DNA of 64,000 nucleotides, taken from the IMG/VR virus record IMGVR_UViG_3300045988_119030, positions 21,411 through 85,410 of that record; one strand, 5' to 3'. The notes below the pieces were generated by a model, which was given only the letters and a program-made list of their open reading frames with translations, had not been told where the DNA came from and did not search any database. Source of the stretch: a virus. The translations under genes were made by a program, and so were the position numbers. This document shows positions 47,198 to 57,280 of the stretch, piece by piece. Each line of letters starts with the position of its first letter. Position 1 is the first letter of the stretch.

Positions 47198-49453
47198 TCA
47201 TTCTAACATTCCTGTATGTTTTACTCTTGCTTCAACTTCTTTTTGCTTACCCCAGTTAAAAGCAGTTTTATAATTGCCCGTAAGATAACCAGTCACACGA
47301 CGTAATTGCTGAATATTATAGCTTCCGCACACTGGACAAGAATCATTAAATTCATCACAATAACCGCATTCAAGACAAGTATCATTAGGAACATTTACTG
47401 CAAAATAAGGGATATCGTGATCCATCGCATAATTAACAATAGTTTCAAGAGCATCAATATTGTGTTTTACAGTAGAATCAAGTTCAACATAAGTAATACA
47501 TCCTGCGGATGAATAACCAGTCAGCTCAGATTCAATATCAATTTTTTCAAACGGACTCATTTCTTTCCACACTGGAACGTGAATACTATTAGTGAAAAAT
47601 TCTCTATCACTAACATTAGGAATAATTCCATACCTTTCTTTAAATTTTGTCATAGCAGTATAACAAAGATTTTCTGCTGGAGTATAGTATACACCAAAAT
47701 TTAATTTATATTTTTCTTTGTATTCAGCGCATCTATCTTTAAATAATTGTTCAATTTGTTTAGCTAATTCCATTCCTTCTGAAGTGGTGTGGTCTTTGCC
47801 AATAAGAATTTGAAGAGTTTCAGCCAAACCTAACTGACCAATAGCAAGAGTTCCGTGCTTAAGAGCGGAACGAATTCCTTCTTCTGGAACATAACCTGCC
47901 ATAACATTATTTTCATACATAAATCTCGCGGAACCTGGATCTTGAGAACAAATCCATTCAAAACGTTCCATTAATTGAATACGTGCTTCATTGATTTTTC
48001 TATCGAGTAAAGACATAAATCGTTCTACACCAATTTTAGTCCGTTCTTCTTGGGATAATGACTTATAGTCATCCCAATTATCATTTTCATTTAGAGTAAC
48101 GGCCATCATCGCAAGAGTTGGAAGAATAATAGTAACTGGACAAATATTTCCACGTCCATCTTTAAGCTGACCGAATCCATTGATATCCCAACCATTTGCA
48201 GTTCTACATCCCATCGTAGAAAAATAAGTGCGAGGATCATTAATATCATATCCAGCATTACCAGACCAATCAACATTTGCATAATTAGGATAAAGGCGTC
48301 TCGCGGTGCTTTCTAATGCTAATCTATATAAATCATAATTAGGATCACTAGGCTTGCGGTTAACACCTTTCATACATTGGAAAATTCCACAAGGAAAAAT
48401 TGAAGTTTTATGTAATTTACCAAGACCTTCAATAGAAACATCTAATAATGCCTTAGTTACCATTCTGCCTTCTGGTAAAGTGCAAGTGCCATAGTTAATG
48501 CTTGTAAATGGTAATTGGTTGCCACTACGAGATTGTAAAGTATTAAGATTATGGTAAAGGCCTTCTGCAGCTTGATGAGTTTCGCGAGTGGTCATTTTCA
48601 TAGCGTATTTATATGCTTTTGGAAATGATTTATAAAAATCATCATCAATAGGAGTTTCTTTACTGTAACAACCATCATATTTACTCATATCTAATCCTTC
48701 ATATAAAAATTCAATACCATCATTGAAATGTTTAAAGAAAGATTTTCTTACATAAGGAACCATAGTCCAATCTAAGTGAGTAGCACTAACTCCACCAAAC
48801 TAACAAAGACTTTGGATTTGAAAAATAACAGCAATTAATTGAAACGCTGTATTAATTGAACCAGCAGGACGAACATCTGCTTGACGAGTATTAAATCCAT
48901 TAGCAAGCAAATTATCAAAAGGAATACTTAAACAGTTATGAGAACCGACATAATAAGAATCAAGATCGTGAGTATAAATAATATTATCAATATGGTTCTT
49001 ACGAGCCATAGGTGAAAGTAAATAATCAAGTGCAAGTTGTTTGGTAACAACACTACTTGCTTCCCCTATACGACCACCGAATGAATGTTCATCAACATTA
49101 GCATTTTGATTTTTTACATTATTACCATCGAGCTTTTCACGAATTGCTTTAATAAAATCATCTTTTTTATTACGAGCAACTTCTTTTTTATATCTATATC
49201 TGATATAAGCACGAGCAACATCGCGTCGCTCAGAACGCATTAAATAATCTTCAATCCAATCTTGAAGATCTTCTACTCCGACGCTTCCATCGGGGAAATG
49301 ATTTATTTGTCTTTCAATGTCTTCCGCGATATCTTTTGCGGTATCATCTTCATATAATTTACCATCAACTTCAATAAATGCTTTATTTATTGCATTAATA
49401 ATTTTCTTTTTATTAAATTGAGTTATACTTCCATCACGTTTAATAATATACAA
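47198..49453 (-). CDS. nrdD: Anaerobic ribonucleoside-triphosphate reductase (class III), about 751 aa, one in-frame TAG at 48800-48802.
   Basis: N-terminal ATP-cone (MYIIKRDGSITQFNKKKI..). C-terminal Zn and glycyl-radical region (CLECGYC..CPVCGS..RVTGYLTG). ORFs 48800-49453 and 47198-48763 are in the same frame and are joined through TAG plus 12 sense codons (..FGGVSATHLDWT-MVPY..). Confidence 0.9.
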
Positions 49454-49528
49454 TTTTTTTGGCCTCCAAACTAAATATAGTAGTTCTTTTAGAATATTCT
49501 ACTATATTTAGGTTTTGTTAGTAAATAA

Positions 49529-50104
49529 TTATTTATCTTGGTCCATTTCCGCCCATTGTTTAACTTTTTGAGTTAAAAGATTAACAATATTATTGTAATC
49601 TTCCAATGTTTCATTTGTCACAATATTGCATTTAATATTATTCATTAGTTGAAATTGAATTTCATCAGCAGAGTATCTTCTAATAATTTCATCTACATCA
49701 GGATTTTCTTCTCTGTTTAATTGCCTAATTAAGCGTGTCTTTCCTTTAGTGGTGATATAATATATCTCCAATTCAATTCTATCATCTTTAAGAAGACTTA
49801 TAATTCCTTCAGGATTAAAAACACCAATATTAACTTTACTATCAGACAAACTATCAATACTTGTGCCATAATACCAATTATTAAAAGAAGTGGTTTCTAA
49901 CATTTTATTTTCATCAATTAAAGTTAAAAATTGATCATCTGAAACAAAATGATAATTTTTGTCTGCTATTTCTTTTTCACGCTTCGGGCGCGTAGTGTGG
50001 CTTATAATAGGATTTAGATATTCCTCTAAGTGGGAAAAGGTAGCCATCATTAGGCTATCTTTTCCTGCACCAGATTTTCCACATAATGCAATAATTTTAT
50101 ACAT
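49529..50104 (-). CDS. gmk: Guanylate kinase-like nucleoside monophosphate kinase, about 191 aa.
   Basis: P-loop ALCGKSGAGKDS and ISHTTRPKREKE..YHFVS, typical of the guanylate kinase family. The probable start MYKII at 50104 overlaps the polymerase stop, with RBS GGAGG inside the polymerase 3' end. Confidence 0.75.
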   Translation of the reverse strand: MYKIIALCGKSGAGKDSLMMATFSHLEEYLNPIISHTTRPKREKEIADKNYHFVSDDQFLTLIDENKMLETTSFNNWYYGTSIDSLSDSKVNIGVFNPEGIISLLKDDRIELEIYYITTKGKTRLIRQLNREENPDVDEIIRRYSADEIQFQLMNNIKCNIVTNETLEDYNNIVNLLTQKVKQWAEMDQDK

Positions 50105-53100
50105 CTTCTTCAATTCCTCCTTGATAACGAGCATCTTTTAAAACTAAATCGCCATTGGATAAAATTTCATCAATTTTATATAATTGATGTCCTTCAGAAG
50201 AAGCATATTTTTTTGACATGAAATTATCTCCATTACGAATTCCAGAGACTACAATCATATTTCCGCGATTAAACCAAGATTTTTCAATAATATGTTTAGT
50301 TCCGTCTGCTCCGCGCTCTGAAATTTGTTTATCAAATAAACTAAAATATTCTTTTCTAAATTTTACTTCTACAGGACCGGTAGTAGTAAGGATAGTCACA
50401 GTGCTTTTAGTTTTATTTTTTGCTATACAAGTTCCGCAAATCTTAAATAACTTATAAATATGAATAGTATGATTTCCTTTAGTGAAACTTCTATCAATTA
50501 TTGGATCTTCTGGAAGTTTAAAGAAATCTACAAATCCATATTTATCATTGTTAATATTATTCAATTCATGAGTATGATAATAATAACAAAGGACTTCCAT
50601 TTCCCAAGCAGATAAATTATTTTTATTAGCATATTTATCCCAATCATCTTTAAATATTTTCATATTTAGATTATTCAAAATTTCATCTTTGTTATTAGCA
50701 ATCCAAGCGCGAAATATATCCATCCACTTTTGGTATATATTATTCCAAACATTTTCACTTAAAAAATAATTAGTTCCATCAAATTGAATATTATTATCTT
50801 CTCCAATTTCTATTAAGAAATTAATTGCTCGTTCATCAAGTTGATATAAACTGTTATTTTTTGCAGTTTTACAAATTGCTTTTAAATATCTATTAAATTC
50901 ATAAATACGGCGAGCCATAATTTGATTTTCATTTTCTTCTGGAAGAAGATCATACTTCATAAGTCCGCCCATATTTTGAAGAGTAATTCTTTTCTTTTTG
51001 TCGCAGGTTTCCCAAATATACCAAATCATTAATTCTTTTCTATCCATCATATTATCAAAGGCTCCACCTTTAATAAGAGAAATCATAGCTTGTTTACCTG
51101 GCTTAATACGGTATAAAAATTCTTTAGGATTTGAATAAGGACGATTAGCAATAATTGTATTAACTAATTCATCACCAACATTCAGCATACCTTTTAATCC
51201 GAAAAGAATTTTATTATTTTCAATATCAGGAGCAAATCCAAATTTAGATTTGTTAATATCAGGAAGACCTACTTCAATTCCTGCTTTTTGAATGTCACTA
51301 ATAGCCTTGGCAATTTTTCCATAATCAGTGGCCGCGGTTTTGCGGATTTTGCCACTTTTGTCAGGAAGATCTTCAAATGTTACTCCATTAGCTAAATCAT
51401 CGCCTTCAGGAGCATAAATATCGACAATCTCTTCTTCGCTATTATCTTCAAGGGAACCACTATTAACAATTAAACAAGCGGTATCCCAATAGATAGGATT
51501 AAAATGAATTACTAAGTAAATCATTTGAATTGCTACAAATGAATAAGGAAGGGAGTGGTTAAGGCTAAATGCATATCCTAATTGAGGAGCAACTGCAATT
51601 TCCCAAAAGTATTCAGCAGATTTTTCATTATCAAATTTACTAAATACTTGTTCTTTCAATTGTGGAATTTTAGCCATTTGCTTTTTAGCAACAATCTTAC
51701 GCGCAGTATTAGCTTCACCAAGAGTAAAATGAGCTACATCCATAAGAACTTCCATCATTTGCTCTTGAATAGGACAGCATCCATAATATTTATCACAATG
51801 CTTATGCATCTTATCAATTAATTCTTGCGGAAGACGCTGAGCCTTCATTTCATCATCAAATACTTTAATACCCGAATGTTGAATGCGATAATATCTATCT
51901 TGCTGTGATTCCTTACCTTTTTCAGACATAAGACGCATCATAGCATTTGCCGCCGTCATTTCCATAGGGTCTTGGGGTTTAAGGCGTTTCGCGATTGCTA
52001 AACCAACTCCCGTAGAAAATTGGAATACATCTAATACATCACCGGCGGCGAGGTGGTCCCAAATTGCTTGATCAGTTGTATCTATTACTTCTGGATGAAT
52101 ATATTTATTATAAAATTCTCGTAAAGATAATTCTGGAATTTGCTTATCTTTTAGAAGTAATTGATAACAAGTAATAATTTTGTCAGAAGCTTCAGTTACA
52201 AGGAAGTCATATTTTGTGTCTCCAGCAGCTTCCGCCTTATGAAGATCCCAACAAGTAATCATATCTCCACTAGGAGTTCTCATAAATGATGCGGTATCAA
52301 ATGGATCGTCGCCATACAAAATAACGCCAGAAGCATGAGAAGAACGTTTATTAACCATTCCTTCAATATATACAATAATATCCAAAAGACCAGGATATTG
52401 ATTTACTTCTCGAATAAATGCTTGAACGGGTTTACGGTCTTTTTTCTCATTACCATAAATAACATCATGGACAGGCCATAAAAATCCACGTTCTTGGGGA
52501 ATTAATGAAGACATATATTGAGCATTATCAACATCAATTCCTTCTGGGAATTCTTCACTTCTATATCCACGGCAAGCAGTTAAAATACTTTGTTTAGTGC
52601 CTTCAGTTCCAAATGTAGCAACTTGAACCAATCCCAATTCTCCGCGTTCTTTTCTAATTGCTTTGAAAATCGCGGGACGTTTACTTGGAGCAAGGTCAAT
52701 ATCAATATCAGGCAATTCCGCGCGCTCCTTATTTAAAAATCTCCAATAAGGAAGTCCCCAACGAATTGGGTCTAATTGAGTAATGCCTAAAAGATAATTA
52801 GATAAAAAGCCAGTCGCTGAACCACGTCCAGGACCTACAATACTTCCACATTCCCAAAATAAATTAATATAATGTTGGAAAGTATTAAAATAAGCAAAAA
52901 GACAATCATCTAATTTTTCGCCAATGTCTTTTATAATATCAGCTTCAATTTCAAGTCGCTCTAAATAATTTTTATTATCATAAAGTTGCTTTTCTTGTAA
53001 AGCTTTAATACATTCATTTACCCAATATCGCTCTTGAATATTATCGCTATTAATTAAAGAACAGATAATTGGATATTTATCAAACCAGTTTGAAGGAATG

Positions 53101-54110
53101 AATCCTTTCTTATAATCCTTTATTTCAACTTTTGGAATAATTTGTTTTCTTTCTAATGAATAAAAAGAAATTTTATTTTGGATCTCTTGAGTGTTATCAA
53201 GAATCCAATTTATCAATTCTTTTCCTGTTTTATTATCTTTATCCCAATCATTAGCATAAGGTTCCATTAATTCAAAAATTTCATCACTTGTCATTAAGTA
53301 AGTAAATTTATAAAAATCGTCAACCTCTCTTTCTCCTGGCTTAGAAGTAAGATATGCTTTATGAATGGGTCTATCTTCTTTAGTTAAATAATGCGCATCT
53401 GTTCCAACTACCATTTTTAAATCAAATACCTTGGCGATTTGATAAATTTTATGATTTACAATTATTTGCTCAGCGTCAGTAGATGGCGCACATTCAAGAT
53501 AAAAATCATCTTTTCCAAATACTTTAATACAAAAATTGATATAATCAATTATTTGATTGTAATATTTAGTTTGAGTTTCAATATCTTTATTTAATTCAGC
53601 TTGGAACATTGGTAAAATACAGCTACCAAGTTCTCCACCAATACAAGCAGTTGTTGCTATAACATGCCCTTTATATTGTTCCATTACCATTTCAAGTTCA
53701 CTTTTTAAAGTAGGAACTCGTTCCATACGTCTATCAACATAACTATGAATCCAAGCAATAGAACTTAATTCTCTTAATGCCTTATGTCCAATAGCATCTT
53801 TAGCGATAAGAATAAAGTGATAATATTTTTGTCCATTATCTCTTGTATCAGTGAGATAAATTTCATTACCAAGAGCAATAGTAAAATCAGGATTTTCTTC
53901 TCTTATTTTCTTTGCATATTGATTTACTTCCATATGGGCAGAAAGACACTCATGGTCTGTAATAGTTATTCCTGATAAGCCTAATTCTATTGCTTTGTCA
54001 ATAAGAGCTTGTGGTCTATTGATACAATCTAATAGACGTAAATTTGAATACATTGTATGATTGTGAATCCCGAAATATGATCTCATTCGCACATTCCTTT
54101 CATCTTTCAT
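50097..54110 (-). CDS. dnaE: DNA polymerase III alpha subunit (family C replicative polymerase, DnaE-like with N-terminal PHP domain), 1337 aa, no TAG.
   Basis: N-terminal PHP signature (FGIHNHTMYSNLRLLDCINRPQALIDKAIELGLSGITITDHECLSAH). Length and domain order match PolIII alpha. Uninterrupted 4014-nt ORF. Confidence 0.85.
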   Translation of the reverse strand: MKDERNVRMRSYFGIHNHTMYSNLRLLDCINRPQALIDKAIELGLSGITITDHECLSAHMEVNQYAKKIREENPDFTIALGNEIYLTDTRDNGQKYYHFILIAKDAIGHKALRELSSIAWIHSYVDRRMERVPTLKSELEMVMEQYKGHVIATTACIGGELGSCILPMFQAELNKDIETQTKYYNQIIDYINFCIKVFGKDDFYLECAPSTDAEQIIVNHKIYQIAKVFDLKMVVGTDAHYLTKEDRPIHKAYLTSKPGEREVDDFYKFTYLMTSDEIFELMEPYANDWDKDNKTGKELINWILDNTQEIQNKISFYSLERKQIIPKVEIKDYKKGFIPSNWFDKYPIICSLINSDNIQERYWVNECIKALQEKQLYDNKNYLERLEIEADIIKDIGEKLDDCLFAYFNTFQHYINLFWECGSIVGPGRGSATGFLSNYLLGITQLDPIRWGLPYWRFLNKERAELPDIDIDLAPSKRPAIFKAIRKERGELGLVQVATFGTEGTKQSILTACRGYRSEEFPEGIDVDNAQYMSSLIPQERGFLWPVHDVIYGNEKKDRKPVQAFIREVNQYPGLLDIIVYIEGMVNKRSSHASGVILYGDDPFDTASFMRTPSGDMITCWDLHKAEAAGDTKYDFLVTEASDKIITCYQLLLKDKQIPELSLREFYNKYIHPEVIDTTDQAIWDHLAAGDVLDVFQFSTGVGLAIAKRLKPQDPMEMTAANAMMRLMSEKGKESQQDRYYRIQHSGIKVFDDEMKAQRLPQELIDKMHKHCDKYYGCCPIQEQMMEVLMDVAHFTLGEANTARKIVAKKQMAKIPQLKEQVFSKFDNEKSAEYFWEIAVAPQLGYAFSLNHSLPYSFVAIQMIYLVIHFNPIYWDTACLIVNSGSLEDNSEEEIVDIYAPEGDDLANGVTFEDLPDKSGKIRKTAATDYGKIAKAISDIQKAGIEVGLPDINKSKFGFAPDIENNKILFGLKGMLNVGDELVNTIIANRPYSNPKEFLYRIKPGKQAMISLIKGGAFDNMMDRKELMIWYIWETCDKKKRITLQNMGGLMKYDLLPEENENQIMARRIYEFNRYLKAICKTAKNNSLYQLDERAINFLIEIGEDNNIQFDGTNYFLSENVWNNIYQKWMDIFRAWIANNKDEILNNLNMKIFKDDWDKYANKNNLSAWEMEVLCYYYHTHELNNINNDKYGFVDFFKLPEDPIIDRSFTKGNHTIHIYKLFKICGTCIAKNKTKSTVTILTTTGPVEVKFRKEYFSLFDKQISERGADGTKHIIEKSWFNRGNMIVVSGIRNGDNFMSKKYASSEGHQLYKIDEILSNGDLVLKDARYQGGIEEDV

Positions 54111-54135
54111 TTATATTTATATAATATCATATTAT

Positions 54136-54399
54136 TTAATAATAATCAAATCGAGAGATGTAATTATCGCATATACTACGAATATCTTTTAAAAAATCAG
54201 CAAATTCTCTTGACCGAGATGATATCTTATGCATATTATCACGAACCATAGAATTTAACGTATCTAATTCTACATTTAAGTCATGGGTAAAAAGTTCTAA
54301 ATTAGAATTTAAATCCTAAGCTAAATCCGCGTCCTTAAGAAACATATTATTTTCAAGTATAGCATTAATACTTGAATTTAAATTAGATGTATTTACCAT
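54136..54399 (-). CDS. Hypothetical small protein, about 87 aa, 1 TAG.
   Basis: RBS AAGGAG, ATG at 54399 overlapping the 3' end of the upstream gene by 17 nt. TAA at 54136-54138. Confidence 0.4.
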
Positions 54400-55027
54400 T
54401 ATCTTCTTCGTCTCCTTGAACTTTAAATTCAGTATCATAAATACTATTAAATATATCTACAATAATATAAAAAAGACATCTTAAATGAGGTGGAATCCAT
54501 TGAGGGGATAGACAAATAAACAATTCATCAGGAGCATCAATTGTTTCTAAATTACATTCTATAATAGGAGTAGAAGAAAAATTAAATTTTCTATCTTCTG
54601 GATAATTAGTTGAATCTTCATTTCTAATCCAAACATAATTTTCTAATTTACCTTCTTCAGATAGATATTTTACCCAATTTCCACAATTTAAATCTTCAAT
54701 TTTATTTTCAATGTCTTTATCTGTATAAGCGATATCATGATGATGATCTATATTAATTAAAGATATAGTATCATTTATATTCTTATCAACATAAGTAGCA
54801 ATCATTTCATGTGAAACAATAAAATGAATATTTTCTTTTTTCATACTTTTACTTAATTTTAATAAAAGTTGTAAAAGTCTTTTAAAATGGATATAATCGG
54901 GTTTAGCAAATTTTAAAATTTCAAAATGAGAACATAATGCTTCCCAATCGTCAGTTGAATAATTATTGTAAAGTTGAATACAAGGAGACATTATAATATC
55001 AAAATCTATTGATAATATTTTTTTCAT
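54383..55027 (-). CDS. Hypothetical protein, 214 aa.
   Basis: Uninterrupted ORF. Start lies 3 nt after the helicase stop. His-rich patch (..INIDHHHDIAY..). No family recognised. Confidence 0.55.
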   Translation of the reverse strand: MKKILSIDFDIIMSPCIQLYNNYSTDDWEALCSHFEILKFAKPDYIHFKRLLQLLLKLSKSMKKENIHFIVSHEMIATYVDKNINDTISLINIDHHHDIAYTDKDIENKIEDLNCGNWVKYLSEEGKLENYVWIRNEDSTNYPEDRKFNFSSTPIIECNLETIDAPDELFICLSPQWIPPHLRCLFYIIVDIFNSIYDTEFKVQGDEEDNGKYI

Positions 55028-55030
55028 TTA

Positions 55031-56230
55031 TTACTTCCTTATAATTACTAATTTATCGCTAGCCCTAGTAGCCATAGTATATAAATACTTTTTATGTTCT
55101 TCTCGATCAAAAGGATGATTTTCTTCAAATCCTAATACTTTTCCATACTCACTACCTTGCGCTTTCCAACAGGTAATAGCATAAGCATAGGAGAAATCAA
55201 GTGGAGGATCGAGACATTGTTTATTATTTCTTAATTGATAGCATTGGCTACCTGTAAGAGTTCCTTCGCCAGTAATAAGCTGTTTATAATCAATTGGAGT
55301 TCCACAAAATTTATCTCCATCGCTTAAAACAATTTGAGTAAACATATAAGTAATAGGAACTTCTGAAATATAATAAGGGACTCGAATGTCTTCAGTATAA
55401 AAATCTTCAATAGTTCCAACAGTGCCATTAGTCAAGGCCCATACTCGATTCTCAGACATAAAATCCCAGTTATTATGTAATCCAATAATTTTATCTCCAA
55501 TTTGAGGAACATTAGGATCAAATCCTTTTCTCAATCGGACTATATTATTAATTTTAGTTCTTGTAGCATTTTTAGCACAAATAACCTAATCAGCCCAATC
55601 ATACATTTCAGGTATAACTTGACTTTTATCATATACTCTCACTTGTTTTCCTTCTGGACGATAAGAGATTAAAGATTTACCTTCTCTAATCCACATTGAG
55701 AAACGAATAATCTCACTATCTTGCGCTTGACGCATAATTTCATCGAGAAAAATATGTGGTTTATCTAATACATGATTATTTTCATTAGGATCTACAGGAG
55801 GCAACTGGCCAGGGTCGCCCGCCGCGATAATATAAATACCATGAGTTAGCATTAAGTCCCATAACTTTTTAGGAAGCATTGATACTTCATCGACAACAAT
55901 TACTTTATATTGCGCTAATTCACTATTATCTTTTGGAAAAAATTTAAAAGTTCCGTTAGCCATCATTTTGGCTTTATATAAAAGTTTATGCGCAGTTGTT
56001 GCATTTGGGCAACCTTTTTGTTGAAGCACAGTCGCGGCTTTGCCCGTAAATGCCACATAACAAACTTCTTCTTCTGGGTCAACATCAAGAGCAGAAATAA
56101 TAAATTTAATCAAAGTGCTCTTTCCACTTCCCGCATATCCTGCTATACAAGTCCAACGCTCATGGGCATAATAGCGCTCAATCGCGATTTTCAATCCTTC
56201 TTCTTGTTTACGAGTTAATTCCATTTTCAC
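55031..56230 (-). CDS. SF1B DNA helicase (RecD/Dda/PIF1-like), about 399 aa, one in-frame TAG at 55586-55588.
   Basis: Walker A GYAGSGKST, Walker B VVDEVSM, motif III GDPGQLPPV, motif V AITCWKAQGSEY, motif VI YTMATRAS. ORFs 55586-56230 and 55031-55534 are in the same frame and are joined through a TAG. Confidence 0.8.
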
Positions 56231-56429
56231 ACTCTCCAGGGTTTAATCTATAATATTTATTTTCATCAACTATAAAATAATCACAAGCCCATTTTAATGT
56301 TCCATAAACACCTGTCGTATGTCTATCTATGTTATCTAATTTAGAAATTAATTCTTGAGCTTTATTATAATAAGAACAATTTTTATAATTAGAACAATAA
56401 TTACATTGTTCTTTCCAGTAAATCCACAT
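56208..56429 (-). CDS. Hypothetical Cys-rich small protein, 73 aa.
   Basis: Uninterrupted ORF overlapping the helicase start. Confidence 0.45.
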   Translation of the reverse strand: MWIYWKEQCNYCSNYKNCSYYNKAQELISKLDNIDRHTTGVYGTLKWACDYFIVDENKYYRLNPGECENGINS

Positions 56430-56707
56430 TAATCATGCTCTCCAATTGCTTCATCAAGAATTTGGTAAAAACGTATACAATCTCTTTCATAAAGGTCTCT
56501 AGCCACGTTTTCAGCTTCTCTTTTAGAATATCCTTTACTATTAATATACATTTCAATATCTTCCTTCATAGCTTTATAACGGGCTAATTGGTATCTATAA
56601 CAAAGACTATCATATATATAACCTTTAGTATGTTTTTCTCTTTTTTCAAAAAATTCTAAACTATTATCGTATTTATAAGCTTTATCAATCATTTCTTTTA
56701 AATCCAT
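56429..56707 (-). CDS. Hypothetical protein, 92 aa.
   Basis: Uninterrupted ORF with an ATGA overlap. Confidence 0.45.
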   Translation of the reverse strand: MDLKEMIDKAYKYDNSLEFFEKREKHTKGYIYDSLCYRYQLARYKAMKEDIEMYINSKGYSKREAENVARDLYERDCIRFYQILDEAIGEHD

Positions 56708-56770
56708 AATATTTTTTTTCTTTCTTCATTTATATTTATATAATACCATATTTTAATTATTTAGTCAAAT

Positions 56771-57217
56771 TTAGAATATAATAAAGTCATTATCTGTATT
56801 GTCAGCTTTAATTATCATAGGTGGTCCAAAAGAAATAGTTTTTGTGTGTGGTTGATTAGATTCAGAAAAAATTTCAGATTTAAGTTTTTCCCCAAAAATT
56901 TCTAAATCACTTTTTTCATTTGACTTGTCGGTTTCTTCGTCTGTTCCCGGTTTGGGCCAGTATCCTTCTTCTTTATAACCAGTAGTGGAAGCTTTAATCC
57001 ATATGTCTGCTAATTTATTTAATACATCAAATAATTTTTCTTCAGAAGAAATTCCTAACTTAGCCAATTGACTGTTTATTTCATCATTAGCTTTTTCATA
57101 TTCATAATTATAAGATGCTAAAGCTTTTGAAAGCTTTTTAAGGGCTTCGCCACTTTCTTCTGGACTTGATTGCCATATCATATTGATATCACTATCATAA
57201 TAATTAAGTTTTTCCAT
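56771..57217 (-). CDS. Hypothetical acidic protein, 148 aa.
   Basis: Uninterrupted ORF. Confidence 0.5.
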   Translation of the reverse strand: MEKLNYYDSDINMIWQSSPEESGEALKKLSKALASYNYEYEKANDEINSQLAKLGISSEEKLFDVLNKLADIWIKASTTGYKEEGYWPKPGTDEETDKSNEKSDLEIFGEKLKSEIFSESNQPHTKTISFGPPMIIKADNTDNDFIIF

Positions 57218-57280
57218 AATTTACTCCATAAATAAAAATAATGGCTATATGAAGAAATAAATCTTCATATAGCCGTAAAA

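Noticed and set aside
46219-53975. + strand ORFs 46219, 47306, 49959, 50218, 51582 and 53784, and also 55988, 60194 and 63254.
   Set aside because: All are antisense to confidently identified - strand genes (nrdG, nrdD, gmk, the polymerase, the helicase, recJ, dnaB).
54383-55027. Calling the 214-aa protein upstream of the polymerase a DHH phosphoesterase because of the IDHHHD patch.
   Set aside because: The isolated His-rich patch does not reproduce the full DHH motif set. The genuine DHH protein is the RecJ-like gene at 58174-59922.
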